Shown here: positions 1-9,308 of the stretch, piece by piece | How the letters are laid out: the number at the start of each line of letters is the position of its first letter | Numbering within the stretch: position 1 is the first letter of the stretch | Assembly: GCA_963663995.1 (NCBI GenBank) | Contig: OY760660.1 | Span: 900,001 to 932,000, forward strand | Length of the DNA stretch: 32,000 nucleotides | Reading direction: 5' to 3' | Source of the DNA: Erysipelotrichaceae bacterium | Lineage (GTDB): Bacteria > Bacillota_I > Bacilli_A > Erysipelotrichales > Erysipelotrichaceae | Position numbers and translations under genes: made by a program | Notes under the pieces: generated by a model | Seen by the model: only the letters and a program-made list of their open reading frames with translations | Databases searched by the model: none | What the model was told of the DNA's origin: nothing

Positions 1-283
1 CAGCTGTATTACTATTTGTGATTGCTAAATCTGCTTCTGCTTGTTCTAATCTAACTGGATTCCCTTTTGGTGATCCTAGTTCAATTTGAGTGACTGATCC
101 AGGGAACTCATTTTCAATAGCACCCGCTATTGCATTCGCGAGCACAGCATAAGCTGTACCACCTGATCCTTCAATTAATGATAATTGCAGGGGTTCTACG
201 ATCTTTTCCTCACTAACAGAACTTGAACATGCGCCTAAAAAGGTTAATAAAAAAACAATAAAGAATACTTTGATTTTATTCAT
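1..283 (-). CDS. TRAP transporter solute-binding lipoprotein, TAXI family (5' part only; gene continues past the left edge)
   Basis: Not in the ORF track because it is truncated. The reverse complement from the ATG at 283-281 reads MNKIKVFFIVFLLTFLGACSSSVSEEKIVEPLQLSLIEGSGGTAYAVLANAIAGAIENEFPGSVTQIELGSPKGNPVRLEQAEADLAITNSNTA. It has a lipobox (L-G-A-C) followed by the GxGGxxY...G..NP..L..xEADLA pattern I associate with TAXI receptors. Its ATG overlaps the TGA of the upstream permease (ATGA at 280-283). Confidence 0.75.
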   Translation of the reverse strand, partial: MNKIKVFFIVFLLTFLGACSSSVSEEKIVEPLQLSLIEGSGGTAYAVLANAIAGAIENEFPGSVTQIELGSPKGNPVRLEQAEADLAITNSNTA

Positions 284-2136
284 ATTAGAATCTCCTTTTT
301 CTTTAATGAATATAAATAAATAATAATGAATAAACTGATTAATATAAAATAATAATTTGTCGTAAAAAATTGAATAAGTCCAGCACTGAAAACAATACTC
401 TTTTTCAGAAAAATATATTTCTTATACTGAAACTCTAATGCATAAACGAGTAATATCGTCGCAATGATTAGTTTTGATAGAATAAATAAGAAATCTATCG
501 AAAAACTAGGGGCTAAAATTGTAGGTTCTAATATGAAAGAAAAAGGAATTAAATACGCTACAAGGCTTAAAAACATCGCTTTAAAGGATACTTTTAAAAA
601 AGACGCGTCAGCTATACTTGCTGCAGTAAGAGATGTAATGGCAACAGGTGGTGTTATCGAACCTAATGAAGCATAATAGAGAAAAAAGAAGTGGATAGGT
701 AATAATTCATATCCTCTTTGTAATAAAATGGGTCCAAAGAAAATCGCACTAATAATATAGGTTGTTGGTGTATTTAGTGCTGTTCCAATGAATAAAATAA
801 TTAAACCAATAACCGCCAAAGCTAAATAGAGATTCATTTGATAAATAAACGAAAAGTAAACCCCAAATTTAGAAACTAAACCCGTTAGATTTATGACACC
901 AATGAATGTACCAGATGCTGCCATCATCGGTACGATAATCAATGTTCTTTTTATACCTTTAATCAATATTGAAGGTATAGTATTCCATTTAAAATCAGAA
1001 AATATTGTAAAAATAATAATAGTTAAAAGAATAGCCTCAAATGATGACTTCGAAATTGAACGACCACCACTAATTCTAAATACAAAATAGACTATAACGA
1101 CCAAAAAAGGTATTCCATCTTTCAAAATATCAATAAATGAATCCTTATTTTTTTCAATTTTAATATCTGTTTGAATTTTAGTAGCTCTTAAATCAACTGA
1201 AAGAAACAAACTAAAATAAAATAAAAGAGCCGGAATAATTGATGCCATTACGATTATACGATAATCGACTGCTATAAATTCTGACATTAAAAAAGCAACT
1301 GAACCAAGTACAGGTGGAGTAAAAGTACTTGCTGATGAAGCTGTACTTTCTATCGCAGCCGCAAAAACGGGAGAATACCCTTTTTCTATCATCGAAGGAA
1401 TAGTTATTGTTCCGGTTGCTGAAACATTACTTGCTCCACCACCTGTAATCATGCCAAATAAAGCAGAAGCAAGAACAGCTATTTTTCCAAAAGCTGATAT
1501 ACTCGAGTGTACAAAATATTCTAATAATCGAATGATAAATTTATCAAACCCCAAAGATATTAAAAAGGTACTAAACAAAAGAACGAAAACGAGTGTACCC
1601 GTAGCTGTACCCATGGTAACTCCCCAAATTCCATATCGACTAAGGAATAATGAATCAATAAAATCACTTAGCTCAAATCCTAAATGACCAAATCTTCCTG
1701 GAATAAATTGACCTAAAAAAACATACAAAATTGCGATAATATTTAGTGCTGGTAACCACCATCCGCCTTTTATTCTCGCACCTTCATTTATTACAATAAT
1801 CGTTAATAAACCCAATATAATTTGTGACAGAGAAACACTATCAACAAAAACTTCTCGCTCATACGATAGAAATTGAAAGTTTGAACATAAATAGATCGTC
1901 ACAATAATTGAAATAATTGAAAAAAAAATATTTTTATATTTCAATAAATTTTGATTCGATTTTAATTTTGAATTATTGCTGAAAAATATCATCGTAAAAT
2001 ATAAACCAAACATTAGACTTCGATGAAACAGTTTATTAGGATAGAAAAAAACTGTACTTAGCATATAAAGTGCAGTCAATAAAGCAATCTTATCTACTAA
2101 AGATAAATGTTGAATTGTTTGCTGAAGCCTTCTCAT
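280..2136 (-). CDS. TRAP transporter fused permease (4TM/12TM DctQ-DctM fusion, TAXI-associated type)
   Basis: 618-aa ORF that is hydrophobic throughout, with many predicted helices. The core GGGASNVSATGTITIPSMIEKGYSPVFAAAIESTASSASTFTPPVLGSVAFLMSEF resembles the conserved motif of TAXI-type fused TRAP permeases. It is translationally coupled to the receptor gene downstream. Confidence 0.85.
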   Translation of the reverse strand: MRRLQQTIQHLSLVDKIALLTALYMLSTVFFYPNKLFHRSLMFGLYFTMIFFSNNSKLKSNQNLLKYKNIFFSIISIIVTIYLCSNFQFLSYEREVFVDSVSLSQIILGLLTIIVINEGARIKGGWWLPALNIIAILYVFLGQFIPGRFGHLGFELSDFIDSLFLSRYGIWGVTMGTATGTLVFVLLFSTFLISLGFDKFIIRLLEYFVHSSISAFGKIAVLASALFGMITGGGASNVSATGTITIPSMIEKGYSPVFAAAIESTASSASTFTPPVLGSVAFLMSEFIAVDYRIIVMASIIPALLFYFSLFLSVDLRATKIQTDIKIEKNKDSFIDILKDGIPFLVVIVYFVFRISGGRSISKSSFEAILLTIIIFTIFSDFKWNTIPSILIKGIKRTLIIVPMMAASGTFIGVINLTGLVSKFGVYFSFIYQMNLYLALAVIGLIILFIGTALNTPTTYIISAIFFGPILLQRGYELLPIHFFFLYYASLGSITPPVAITSLTAASIADASFLKVSFKAMFLSLVAYLIPFSFILEPTILAPSFSIDFLFILSKLIIATILLVYALEFQYKKYIFLKKSIVFSAGLIQFFTTNYYFILISLFIIIYLYSLKKKEILI

Positions 2137-2262
2137 TTTTATTTATTATGTAATCACATTTTAACATACATGTTATTATAGATTTTTATCTAAAAAACAT
2201 AAATTTATATGTAATATTAAATTAATCTATCAAATGCAAAGTAAATATTATGCAAATTTTCA

Positions 2263-2302
2263 TTAAGTGATCGATGAAATAAAAACAAAGTTAATCACTT
2301 AA
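2263..2302 (-). terminator. Inverted repeat just downstream of the glycan locus (possible weak terminator)
   Basis: TTAAGTGAT (2263-2271) and ATCACTTAA (2294-2302) form a perfect 9-bp inverted repeat with a 22-nt spacer, 12 nt after the stop of the 2314-4371 gene. The loop is long and no clean T-run follows on the minus strand, so confidence is low. Confidence 0.3.
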
Positions 2303-2313
2303 GATCATGTTTA

Positions 2314-4371
2314 TTAATTCCAGTAAAATTGGTATAGAGTATATTTCTCATTTTTATAGACTTCTGAAGCACAGTCTCTAACTCTTATATAGAGTGGAAT
2401 AAATTCCCCGTCTTTGATGTAATATTGTCGATTATCTACAATGACGAAATCTACTTTTTCCTCAATTAAATATTCACAGGTATGTTCATAATCTGCATCT
2501 TCAATAAAAATTGGCTGATTATAATATTCACGCAAAATAAATATATTTAAAAGTTTAGAGTATTCATGTTCATAGTCATATCGATTCACTGCTCTATACT
2601 GTCCATATGAAATAACACTTTTAATATTGGGTACATAACCAACCATTGTTTCAATTTGTGAGATAACTTTCGGTGAATTATGGTCTTCTAAAATCCTTTT
2701 GGTATTCAATACATTTAAAACATCTACTTGGTTTGTTTCCATTTTATAAAGTGGACTAAAATCATCTGAAGGTCTAAAACTTTGATGATAGTAGGATTGA
2801 ATTTGTTGAACACCTAAAGTCGATAAAATAAAAATAATACTAAGCTTAAGAATATTTGAATAATTAAATTTTTCAATATTTGAAGAAATGTAGTTAATCA
2901 TTAGTAAGTAGGTAAAACTATTAAAAACAATTTCAAAACTACGATAATAAACAATTGAGGCTAAATATTTTGAAACAAACAAATATGATATTGGATTAAT
3001 AAAACTAACGATAATAATCCAAAGATATTTCCGATAATTATTTTTATTAAATATCAAAAAATAGATTAATGAACAGAGAATGATAGAATTAATAAATAAG
3101 TGCTTGAAACTAAGTAAATTAAAACTGTCCCAAACCATATCGATTGTTGAATGAGCTGTAAAGAATGACTGGACATTAATAAGTGAATTTACATTCAAGT
3201 ATATGGATATAATTACAATGGATATTGGAATTAAGATTAGAAAGACAATTTTTGAGATATTGATCTTTTTTATCAGAATATAAAAAAAGAAAAGTATAAA
3301 AAGTAATCCTATTGAAATAAAGAAATGATTTAGAATCCAAGTTATTTGAAAGAAAAAGGCAAATTCGATAATAGGAAATACTAGAATTAAAATATCAATA
3401 AATTGAACATCCTTCTTATTATCAATAAGTAGAATTGAAATAAAACTATATATCATCATGAAGGCAATAAAAAATCCTGAAGAACTGACTGCAATTAGAG
3501 ATGAACTTAGAATTGATAAAATGATAAACTTATTTCGATGATATCCACTATTTACTAAATAATGTATATCAATTGAAACAAGAACGACAATAAGTGTTCG
3601 ATATGTATTTCCAAAAAATGCAAAAGCAGTATTGTAATATTGATTTGAAAAGAAAACTAACGTAAGTAAAACAAAAAATAATTTCATTAAAGTATTCTTA
3701 ATTTTTAGATAATCGATAATACTTACAATCACAAAGAAGTTTAATAAAAAATACAAACAAGAGAATAGCCATATATAAATATGAGAACTAATTTTGATAA
3801 AGCTTGGCGAAATTAATACTTGTAACTGATTATATAAATAGACAAAAAATGAAGCAAAAAGATAAAAGACTTGATAATCATAGGTTACATTAAGGTGATC
3901 AATAATCGTTCCACTATTATAATTAAAATAGGCTGACGTGACCGAACTAGCATCATGAATAACAATATTTAAATAATAAATGCTATCAAATCCATTATTT
4001 CCTAAAGTTCGTTGTGATGAAATAATAATCATTATTCCAAGATAGAAAAAGGCAAATAAATAAATTTTATCAATTTTAAAGTCTTTGAAATTCACATATT
4101 TAATGGTAAGAAAAGATAAAAATAGTATTAAAAATATTATTAACAGGTAGAGAAAAAACGTTGGTATTTTAAAATACACAATGAAATAAACTAAAAATTG
4201 AAGTAATCCAAGAAAGATAAAAAAACCTAGCGGTATCTTAATATACTTCGATAGATCTAAATCAAATTTTAAAAGAATGAAATTTCCAATTAAATATGAA
4301 AAAATTATTATTAAAAATAATGATAAGCCAATAAAAATTATGTCAAGCATGATTATCATTTCCTTCAACAT
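2314..4371 (-). CDS. Large polytopic membrane protein with a C-terminal extracytoplasmic domain; putative GT-C-type glycosyltransferase that transfers a lipid-linked sugar to a wall glycan (GacL/YfhO/GtrC-like role)
   Basis: 685 aa. About 530 aa are back-to-back hydrophobic helices, followed by a ~150-aa soluble tail (SYYHQSFRPSDDFSPLYK...YTLYQFYWN). It sits directly downstream of, and overlaps, a GtrB/GacI-like GT2 gene. Function is assigned from architecture and context, not from a recognised catalytic motif. The true start may be the third ATG (~4350), which has GAAGGA 10 nt upstream. Confidence 0.55.
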   Translation of the reverse strand: MLKEMIIMLDIIFIGLSLFLIIIFSYLIGNFILLKFDLDLSKYIKIPLGFFIFLGLLQFLVYFIVYFKIPTFFLYLLIIFLILFLSFLTIKYVNFKDFKIDKIYLFAFFYLGIMIIISSQRTLGNNGFDSIYYLNIVIHDASSVTSAYFNYNSGTIIDHLNVTYDYQVFYLFASFFVYLYNQLQVLISPSFIKISSHIYIWLFSCLYFLLNFFVIVSIIDYLKIKNTLMKLFFVLLTLVFFSNQYYNTAFAFFGNTYRTLIVVLVSIDIHYLVNSGYHRNKFIILSILSSSLIAVSSSGFFIAFMMIYSFISILLIDNKKDVQFIDILILVFPIIEFAFFFQITWILNHFFISIGLLFILFFFYILIKKINISKIVFLILIPISIVIISIYLNVNSLINVQSFFTAHSTIDMVWDSFNLLSFKHLFINSIILCSLIYFLIFNKNNYRKYLWIIIVSFINPISYLFVSKYLASIVYYRSFEIVFNSFTYLLMINYISSNIEKFNYSNILKLSIIFILSTLGVQQIQSYYHQSFRPSDDFSPLYKMETNQVDVLNVLNTKRILEDHNSPKVISQIETMVGYVPNIKSVISYGQYRAVNRYDYEHEYSKLLNIFILREYYNQPIFIEDADYEHTCEYLIEEKVDFVIVDNRQYYIKDGEFIPLYIRVRDCASEVYKNEKYTLYQFYWN

Positions 4372-5074
4372 TAAACTTTGAAAGTCTAATTAGAATCATG
4401 AGCGTACATACATTAATCATGTAATAGAATGTATTCAAATAAGTTATCGACGAAACTCCATTCGATCGCTTATTCATTCTTACTGGAAACTCAACGATCT
4501 TTAAATGATATTTATTCAATAGTACGAGTGATGAAGGTTCAGGATATTCACTTGGATAATGTTGAGCGAATAAATGCATTGATTTTAGATTACAGGCTCT
4601 AAAACCAGATGTAGGATCTGTAACATTTTTATGGATGAGCCATTTCAGTAAACTATGTATGATTTTTATACCAAGTTTACGATTCCATTCAATTTCATAT
4701 GTATCTTGCTTAGACAAAAAACGTGAACCAATACAAATATCAGCATTTTCATTTTCTAAATAATTTAAAATCTCATCGATATAGTCTGCAATATGTTGCC
4801 CATCACCATCAAATTGAACTGCGTATTTATAAGCATTTCTTATGGCATATTTATACCCTGTTTGAACAGCTCCACCAATTCCTAGATTCATTTTTAAATC
4901 TAAAACAGGTATATTATTATCAACACAGATTTGATATGTACTATCGCTCGATCCATCATTAACAACAATATAATCATATGAAATATCTAAATTTCTCAAT
5001 TGATTGACGGTTGCTAGAATATTTTGTGCTTCATTGAAAGCTGGAATGATAATTAATACTTCTGACGCTTTCAT
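4343..5074 (-). CDS. GT2 polyprenyl-phosphate sugar synthase (GacI/GtrB/CsbB/DPM1-like)
   Basis: 243 aa. N-terminus VLIIIPAFNEAQNI, then VVNDGSSDST, QFDGDGQH (DxD-type) and ICIGSRF...DPTSGFRA, as in dolichyl/undecaprenyl-phosphate glycosyltransferases. One C-terminal hydrophobic helix. Its start overlaps the stop of the DUF2304-like gene (ATGA at 5071-5074). Confidence 0.75.
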   Translation of the reverse strand: MKASEVLIIIPAFNEAQNILATVNQLRNLDISYDYIVVNDGSSDSTYQICVDNNIPVLDLKMNLGIGGAVQTGYKYAIRNAYKYAVQFDGDGQHIADYIDEILNYLENENADICIGSRFLSKQDTYEIEWNRKLGIKIIHSLLKWLIHKNVTDPTSGFRACNLKSMHLFAQHYPSEYPEPSSLVLLNKYHLKIVEFPVRMNKRSNGVSSITYLNTFYYMINVCTLMILIRLSKFNVEGNDNHA

Positions 5075-5415
5075 TTTGTATCTTTTATCTCATTTTTTAA
5101 AATAGCTATTTCTTGAGTGAGAATTTTATTTTGTTCTTTTAACTTCGACAAACTAATGGTTAAACTCATACTCATACCAACTAATGTAAATAATAATAAA
5201 GATATAAATAGATTTGAAAGATATTGAAATCCAAGAAATTTCACAAACTTTTGAATAAAAATGGGTGCTGAAATGGTTAATATCACTAAGCTAAAAAATA
5301 GAATCCAAATAATCGCATATTTAATAGACATGTTTCCATGAACAATTGAATAAAAAAGAAAGATAAGTGCTAAAATGCTCACTAATGCGATTTCTAGAAT
5401 TTGTATACTACTCAT
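5071..5415 (-). CDS. Small membrane protein, DUF2304/GacJ-like accessory subunit of the GT2 enzyme
   Basis: 114 aa. Hydrophobic helices are followed by a C-terminal amphipathic/coiled tail (LSKLKEQNKILTQEIAILKNEIKDTK). The central KYAIIWILFFSLVILTISAPIF...LGFQ..SNLFISLLLFTL pattern matches what I recall of DUF2304 proteins. It is translationally coupled to the GT2 gene. Confidence 0.65.
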   Translation of the reverse strand: MSSIQILEIALVSILALIFLFYSIVHGNMSIKYAIIWILFFSLVILTISAPIFIQKFVKFLGFQYLSNLFISLLLFTLVGMSMSLTISLSKLKEQNKILTQEIAILKNEIKDTK

Positions 5416-5430
5416 TTTTGGATCCTTTCT

Positions 5431-6219
5431 TTATTTTAGTTGATTGCTTTTTTCACTAAACTTATAAAAATACAATATTAAGTTGGCGATTGATTTTGGC
5501 CAAAATTTATTCAACACTTGAATATCTTCCTTCTGTCTCACGGATAATTCAATATATTTACTTGTCATTGATTGTTTATGTATGCGATGTGCCATTAAAT
5601 GTTTAGGGATATAGATAAATGAACCTTCTTTTCGTGATAAAGTCTCCCATGCTTTATAATCTAACGAAACACGATAGTTCTTGTCAAATAATGGGGGTTT
5701 AATTTTATCTACAACATAACAGACTGTTGGGCAAGAAATTGAAGATCCAAAAGATATGCTTAGTCGTTTAAAAAATATAATTGAATTTAATAAGCTGAAT
5801 CTTAAGATAAATAATAAAACTTTCTTTATGAAAAGATTTAAATTACATCGAGTTATGATTTTATCTCGTAACTCATCATAATCCGTAAAAAGTATCAGTG
5901 CTTTATTATTCTTTCGATAAGCATTTAATAGATTTTCACTATAAGATTCATAGTAAATATCATCTTGGTGTGCTAATGTAACAAGCCTTGTATGTGCTAG
6001 TGAAAGGGCAAAATTAAAATCATTCGCTAGTCCACTTTTATTATTTACGATAAGCTCTAATCGATATTTTTTAGCCAGTGTATCTATAAATTCATTAGGA
6101 GTTGAAGTCGATATAAAAACTTCAGATTTTATATTTTGTTTAAGCACTGATTTAATACAGTCTTCAAGATATGGTGATTCCTTATAGGCAAGTATTATAA
6201 AAGTATGATTGATATCCAT
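5431..6219 (-). CDS. Glycosyltransferase family 2
   Basis: 262 aa. N-terminal FIILAYKESPYLEDCIKSVLKQ (GT2 Rossmann-like start) and HQDDIY (DxD-like). First gene of the minus-strand sub-operon 6219->2314. Confidence 0.7.
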   Translation of the reverse strand: MDINHTFIILAYKESPYLEDCIKSVLKQNIKSEVFISTSTPNEFIDTLAKKYRLELIVNNKSGLANDFNFALSLAHTRLVTLAHQDDIYYESYSENLLNAYRKNNKALILFTDYDELRDKIITRCNLNLFIKKVLLFILRFSLLNSIIFFKRLSISFGSSISCPTVCYVVDKIKPPLFDKNYRVSLDYKAWETLSRKEGSFIYIPKHLMAHRIHKQSMTSKYIELSVRQKEDIQVLNKFWPKSIANLILYFYKFSEKSNQLK

Positions 6220-6285
6220 ATTTTAAGTGTGACATGAACTTTTCATAAGCGCAATGTTTAAGATGGATTATGCTAAACTACAAGT

Positions 6286-7233
6286 ATGAAACAAGCAAGT
6301 GTTGCCATCTTAATGGCTTGTTATAAGCCAAATATGAGCTATCTAAGACAACAACTCATCTGTATAAAAAATCAAAGTTACAAGAACTTAAAGCTCTTTG
6401 TTTTAGATGATAGTGATGATTTAACAGTTTTCACTTCTATCAAGGATTTGATACAAGAATTGCATTTCGAATTTGATATTTATATTGATCGAAACAAAAG
6501 TAATCTAGGTGCTAACTTAAGCTTTGAAAAACTTACAAAATGGGCAGATGCCAATTTCTTTGCCTACTGTGATCAAGATGATGTTTGGGCACCACATAAA
6601 ATTGAGACCTTATTAAACATATTAGATAAACCCAATAAAACTCTCGCATATTCTGATATGCGAATTATAGATAAAAACAATAATGTGCTGCATCCTTCCT
6701 TTTTCAAAATGTCACGAGTTTTAAAACCTGTAAAAGGCACAAATAGTTTTGCTCATTTATTACTTGAAAACAGTATTACTGGTTGTACACTTATTATCAA
6801 ATCTGATATCGCAAAAGCAGCTATTCCCTTCAATCATAGTTACGTGCATGATCATTGGTTATCATTATTCGCTAGTACAAAAGGTGAACTTATCTTTGTT
6901 GATGAGCCACTAGTTAATTATAGAATGCATGAATCCAATCAAATTGGAAGCGCACACTTACCTCATCTAGAAAATAAAACTCAGTATTATGAGCGAGTAA
7001 TTCTCAAAAATAAACGACGTATATATAACACACTAGACCGATTCGATGACAAAAACAAACTGATTAATCAATTAATTTCATTCTATATCGAGCGAGAAAA
7101 TTGTTATATAGGCAAGAAATCAAGAATATTACAATATTTTTTAAAATATCCAAAAATCATACTTTTTGAATATATACTCTTTAAACTTCCAGAAAAATAT
7201 TCCAACTATATTCTTAACAAATTAACTTCTTAG
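6286..7233 (+). CDS. Glycosyltransferase family 2 (rhamnosyl/hexosyl-transferase-like architecture)
   Basis: 315 aa. VAILMACYKPNMSYLRQQLICIKNQSY, FVLDDSDD and CDQDDVWAPHKIETLL motifs, typical of ~300-aa GT2 enzymes in O-antigen/rhamnan loci. Sugar specificity cannot be read from the sequence. Confidence 0.7.
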   Translation: MKQASVAILMACYKPNMSYLRQQLICIKNQSYKNLKLFVLDDSDDLTVFTSIKDLIQELHFEFDIYIDRNKSNLGANLSFEKLTKWADANFFAYCDQDDVWAPHKIETLLNILDKPNKTLAYSDMRIIDKNNNVLHPSFFKMSRVLKPVKGTNSFAHLLLENSITGCTLIIKSDIAKAAIPFNHSYVHDHWLSLFASTKGELIFVDEPLVNYRMHESNQIGSAHLPHLENKTQYYERVILKNKRRIYNTLDRFDDKNKLINQLISFYIERENCYIGKKSRILQYFLKYPKIILFEYILFKLPEKYSNYILNKLTS

Positions 7234-7236
7234 TCA

Positions 7237-8244
7237 TTACTTATTTAATTCAATATCTGACTGAATCATTTCACTGATTAATTGTTTAAAGCTAATAGTT
7301 GGTTGCCAATTAAGTTCTTGAATAGCTTTTGAATAATCACCTAATAAATCAACAACATCTGCAGGACGATAAAATATTGGATTAATCGAAATTCTTACTT
7401 CTTTTGTATTTTTATCAATACCCACTTCATCTGTTCCTTTTCCAAACCATTCAATCTCAATACCAACTTCTTTAAAAGCAAGTTCAACAAATTCTCTAAC
7501 ACTATGTGATTCGTTGCTTGAAATGACATAATCATTTGGCTTATCTTTTTGCAACATTAAATGCATGGCTAAAACATAATCTTTAGCATGACCCCAGTCG
7601 CGTTTAGCATCTAAATTTCCTAATTCGATTTTATCTTGTAATCCTAAATGTATACGAGCTATAGCTGTGGTAATTTTGCGAGTAACAAACTCTAAACCTC
7701 GTCGCTTTGATTCATGATTAAATAATATTCCACAACTAATAAACATGTTATAGGATTCACGATAATTGACACACATCCAATGAGCATATAATTTTGATAT
7801 ACCATATGGAGATCTTGGATAAAATGGTGTTTGTTCATTTTGAGGAACTTCTTGTACTAAGCCAAAAAGTTCACTCGTAGATGCTTGATATATCTTAATA
7901 TCTCTTTTTGTAAGCCGAACTGCTTCTAATAATTTTGTGACTCCAAAAGCATTCACTTCTGATGTTAACAAAGGTTGTTCCCAACTCGTTCCCACAAATG
8001 ATTGAGCAGCTAAATTATAAACTTCATCAGGTTGAGAAATTTCAAGAGCGCGTGTTAAAGAAACAAAATCAGTTATATCACCATAAATAAAATTGATTTT
8101 ATCTTTAATATGTTCAACATTTCCATAATCTAAATGACTTTTACGTCTCACTAAACCATAGACAAGATAATTCTTCTCTAATAATAATTCAGCTAAATAT
8201 GATCCATCCTGACCTGTAATTCCGGTTATAAGTGCACTTTTCAT
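7237..8244 (-). CDS. gmd: GDP-mannose 4,6-dehydratase
   Basis: 335 aa. The N-terminus ALITGITGQDGSYLAELLLEKNYLVYGLVRRKS is near-canonical for Gmd. YGISKLYAHW carries the catalytic YxxxK, and NHESKRRG is the conserved Gmd loop. Confidence 0.95.
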   Translation of the reverse strand: MKSALITGITGQDGSYLAELLLEKNYLVYGLVRRKSHLDYGNVEHIKDKINFIYGDITDFVSLTRALEISQPDEVYNLAAQSFVGTSWEQPLLTSEVNAFGVTKLLEAVRLTKRDIKIYQASTSELFGLVQEVPQNEQTPFYPRSPYGISKLYAHWMCVNYRESYNMFISCGILFNHESKRRGLEFVTRKITTAIARIHLGLQDKIELGNLDAKRDWGHAKDYVLAMHLMLQKDKPNDYVISSNESHSVREFVELAFKEVGIEIEWFGKGTDEVGIDKNTKEVRISINPIFYRPADVVDLLGDYSKAIQELNWQPTISFKQLISEMIQSDIELNK

Positions 8245-8264
8245 TCGACTTCTCCTTATTAATC

Positions 8265-9308
8265 TTATTTATGATTTTGATCTACTTTATTTAATAAGTC
8301 TTTTAGTTTATAAACTTCATCTTTGCTTGATATAAACAAAGTATCATCTGTATCTACAATAATCATATCTTTTAATCCAATACAGCTGATTAATTTCCTA
8401 TTTCCAAATATCATGCAGTTTTCAGTGTCTAAACTAACGACATTACCATCAATAATGTTACCTTCTTGATCAGGTACTTTTTGCCTTTCAAGGGCTGTCC
8501 AAGTACCCACATCATCCCAGTCGAAACTTGCTAAGATCATTTTAATCTGTGTTTCCTTTTCAAGTAATCCCTTATCAATCGAAAGAGGTTTCAGTTTATT
8601 ATATGCATCGATAATTTCTTCAGATTCTACATTTCTTAATTTATGAACAAGTTTAATGAGTTCACTATGCTGCGGTATTGTTTTTTCAATTTTGTTTAAA
8701 ATCGTAGATGCTTTCCAAATAAATATTCCACTATTCCAAAAATAATGGTTTGATTCTATATATTCATTAGCCAAAATTAAACCTGGTTTTTCTACAAATT
8801 CCTCAACATCATAAATACCATTTTTATTGCTTTGTGCTTTTATATAGCCATAAGCTGTTTCTGGATATTTTGCAGGAATACCAATCGTGACAAGATTATT
8901 ACTCACTGCAGTTTTAAAAGCAACATCCAAAGAATTATGAAAATTATCTGTATCTTTAATTAGATGGTCAGACGGTAAAACACAAATTAAACAATCACCT
9001 ATCTTACTTTTAATAATACTCGTCGCAAGCGTAATACAGGCAGCTGTGTTTTTCCTCATAGGCTCAACTATGATGTTTTTTAGTGGTATTTCAGGGCATT
9101 GTTCACAAATCAATGGAACATAAACTTCCCGAGTCACTATATAGATATCTTCAAATGAAAATTTTGAGATTAGCCTATTCACAGTTAATTGAAGCATGGT
9201 ATACCTTGGATCTATAAGATTAAAGAATTGTTTAGGTTTAATTTCCGTACTTTTCGGCCAAAAACGTTCACCCTTACCACCTGCCATAATAAGTGCAACT
9301 TTTTTCAA
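8265..9308 (-). CDS. manC: Mannose-1-phosphate guanylyltransferase (short form, no C-terminal isomerase/cupin domain)
   Basis: 347 aa. VALIMAGGKGERFWPKSTEIKPKQFFNL is the nucleotidyltransferase signature of ManC/CpsB-type enzymes. Adjacent to gmd. Its start overlaps the stop of the upstream GT4 gene (4-nt overlap, 9305-9308). Confidence 0.85.
   Translation of the reverse strand: MKKVALIMAGGKGERFWPKSTEIKPKQFFNLIDPRYTMLQLTVNRLISKFSFEDIYIVTREVYVPLICEQCPEIPLKNIIVEPMRKNTAACITLATSIIKSKIGDCLICVLPSDHLIKDTDNFHNSLDVAFKTAVSNNLVTIGIPAKYPETAYGYIKAQSNKNGIYDVEEFVEKPGLILANEYIESNHYFWNSGIFIWKASTILNKIEKTIPQHSELIKLVHKLRNVESEEIIDAYNKLKPLSIDKGLLEKETQIKMILASFDWDDVGTWTALERQKVPDQEGNIIDGNVVSLDTENCMIFGNRKLISCIGLKDMIIVDTDDTLFISSKDEVYKLKDLLNKVDQNHK

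Noticed and set aside
464-1687. Three plus-strand ORFs (464-676, 893-1090, 1451-1687) inside the TRAP permease gene
   Set aside because: They lie entirely antisense to a 618-aa ORF with clear family motifs. They have low-complexity or odd composition and no RBS, which is typical of shadow ORFs in AT-rich DNA.
1920-1928. A9/T9 homopolymer inside the TRAP permease gene, and A6-7 tracts elsewhere (e.g. 16782-16787 before the GT2 ATG), as possible phase-variation switches
   Set aside because: Tracts of this length are expected by chance at about 30% GC. The reading frames are intact, and I can see no evidence of length variation from a single sequence.
4723-4962. 79-aa plus-strand ORF inside the GacI-like GT2 gene
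   Set aside because: It is antisense to a well-supported CDS. Its H/Y/Q-rich translation looks like a reverse-frame artefact.
7237-9308. Interpreting manC-gmd as a GDP-L-fucose or colitose pathway
   Set aside because: There is no fcl/wcaG-like GDP-fucose synthase in the window. The DegT homologue also retains the catalytic lysine, whereas ColD-type 3-dehydratases replace it with His. A reductase role for the fused SDR domain (giving GDP-rhamnose or 6-deoxytalose) cannot be excluded.
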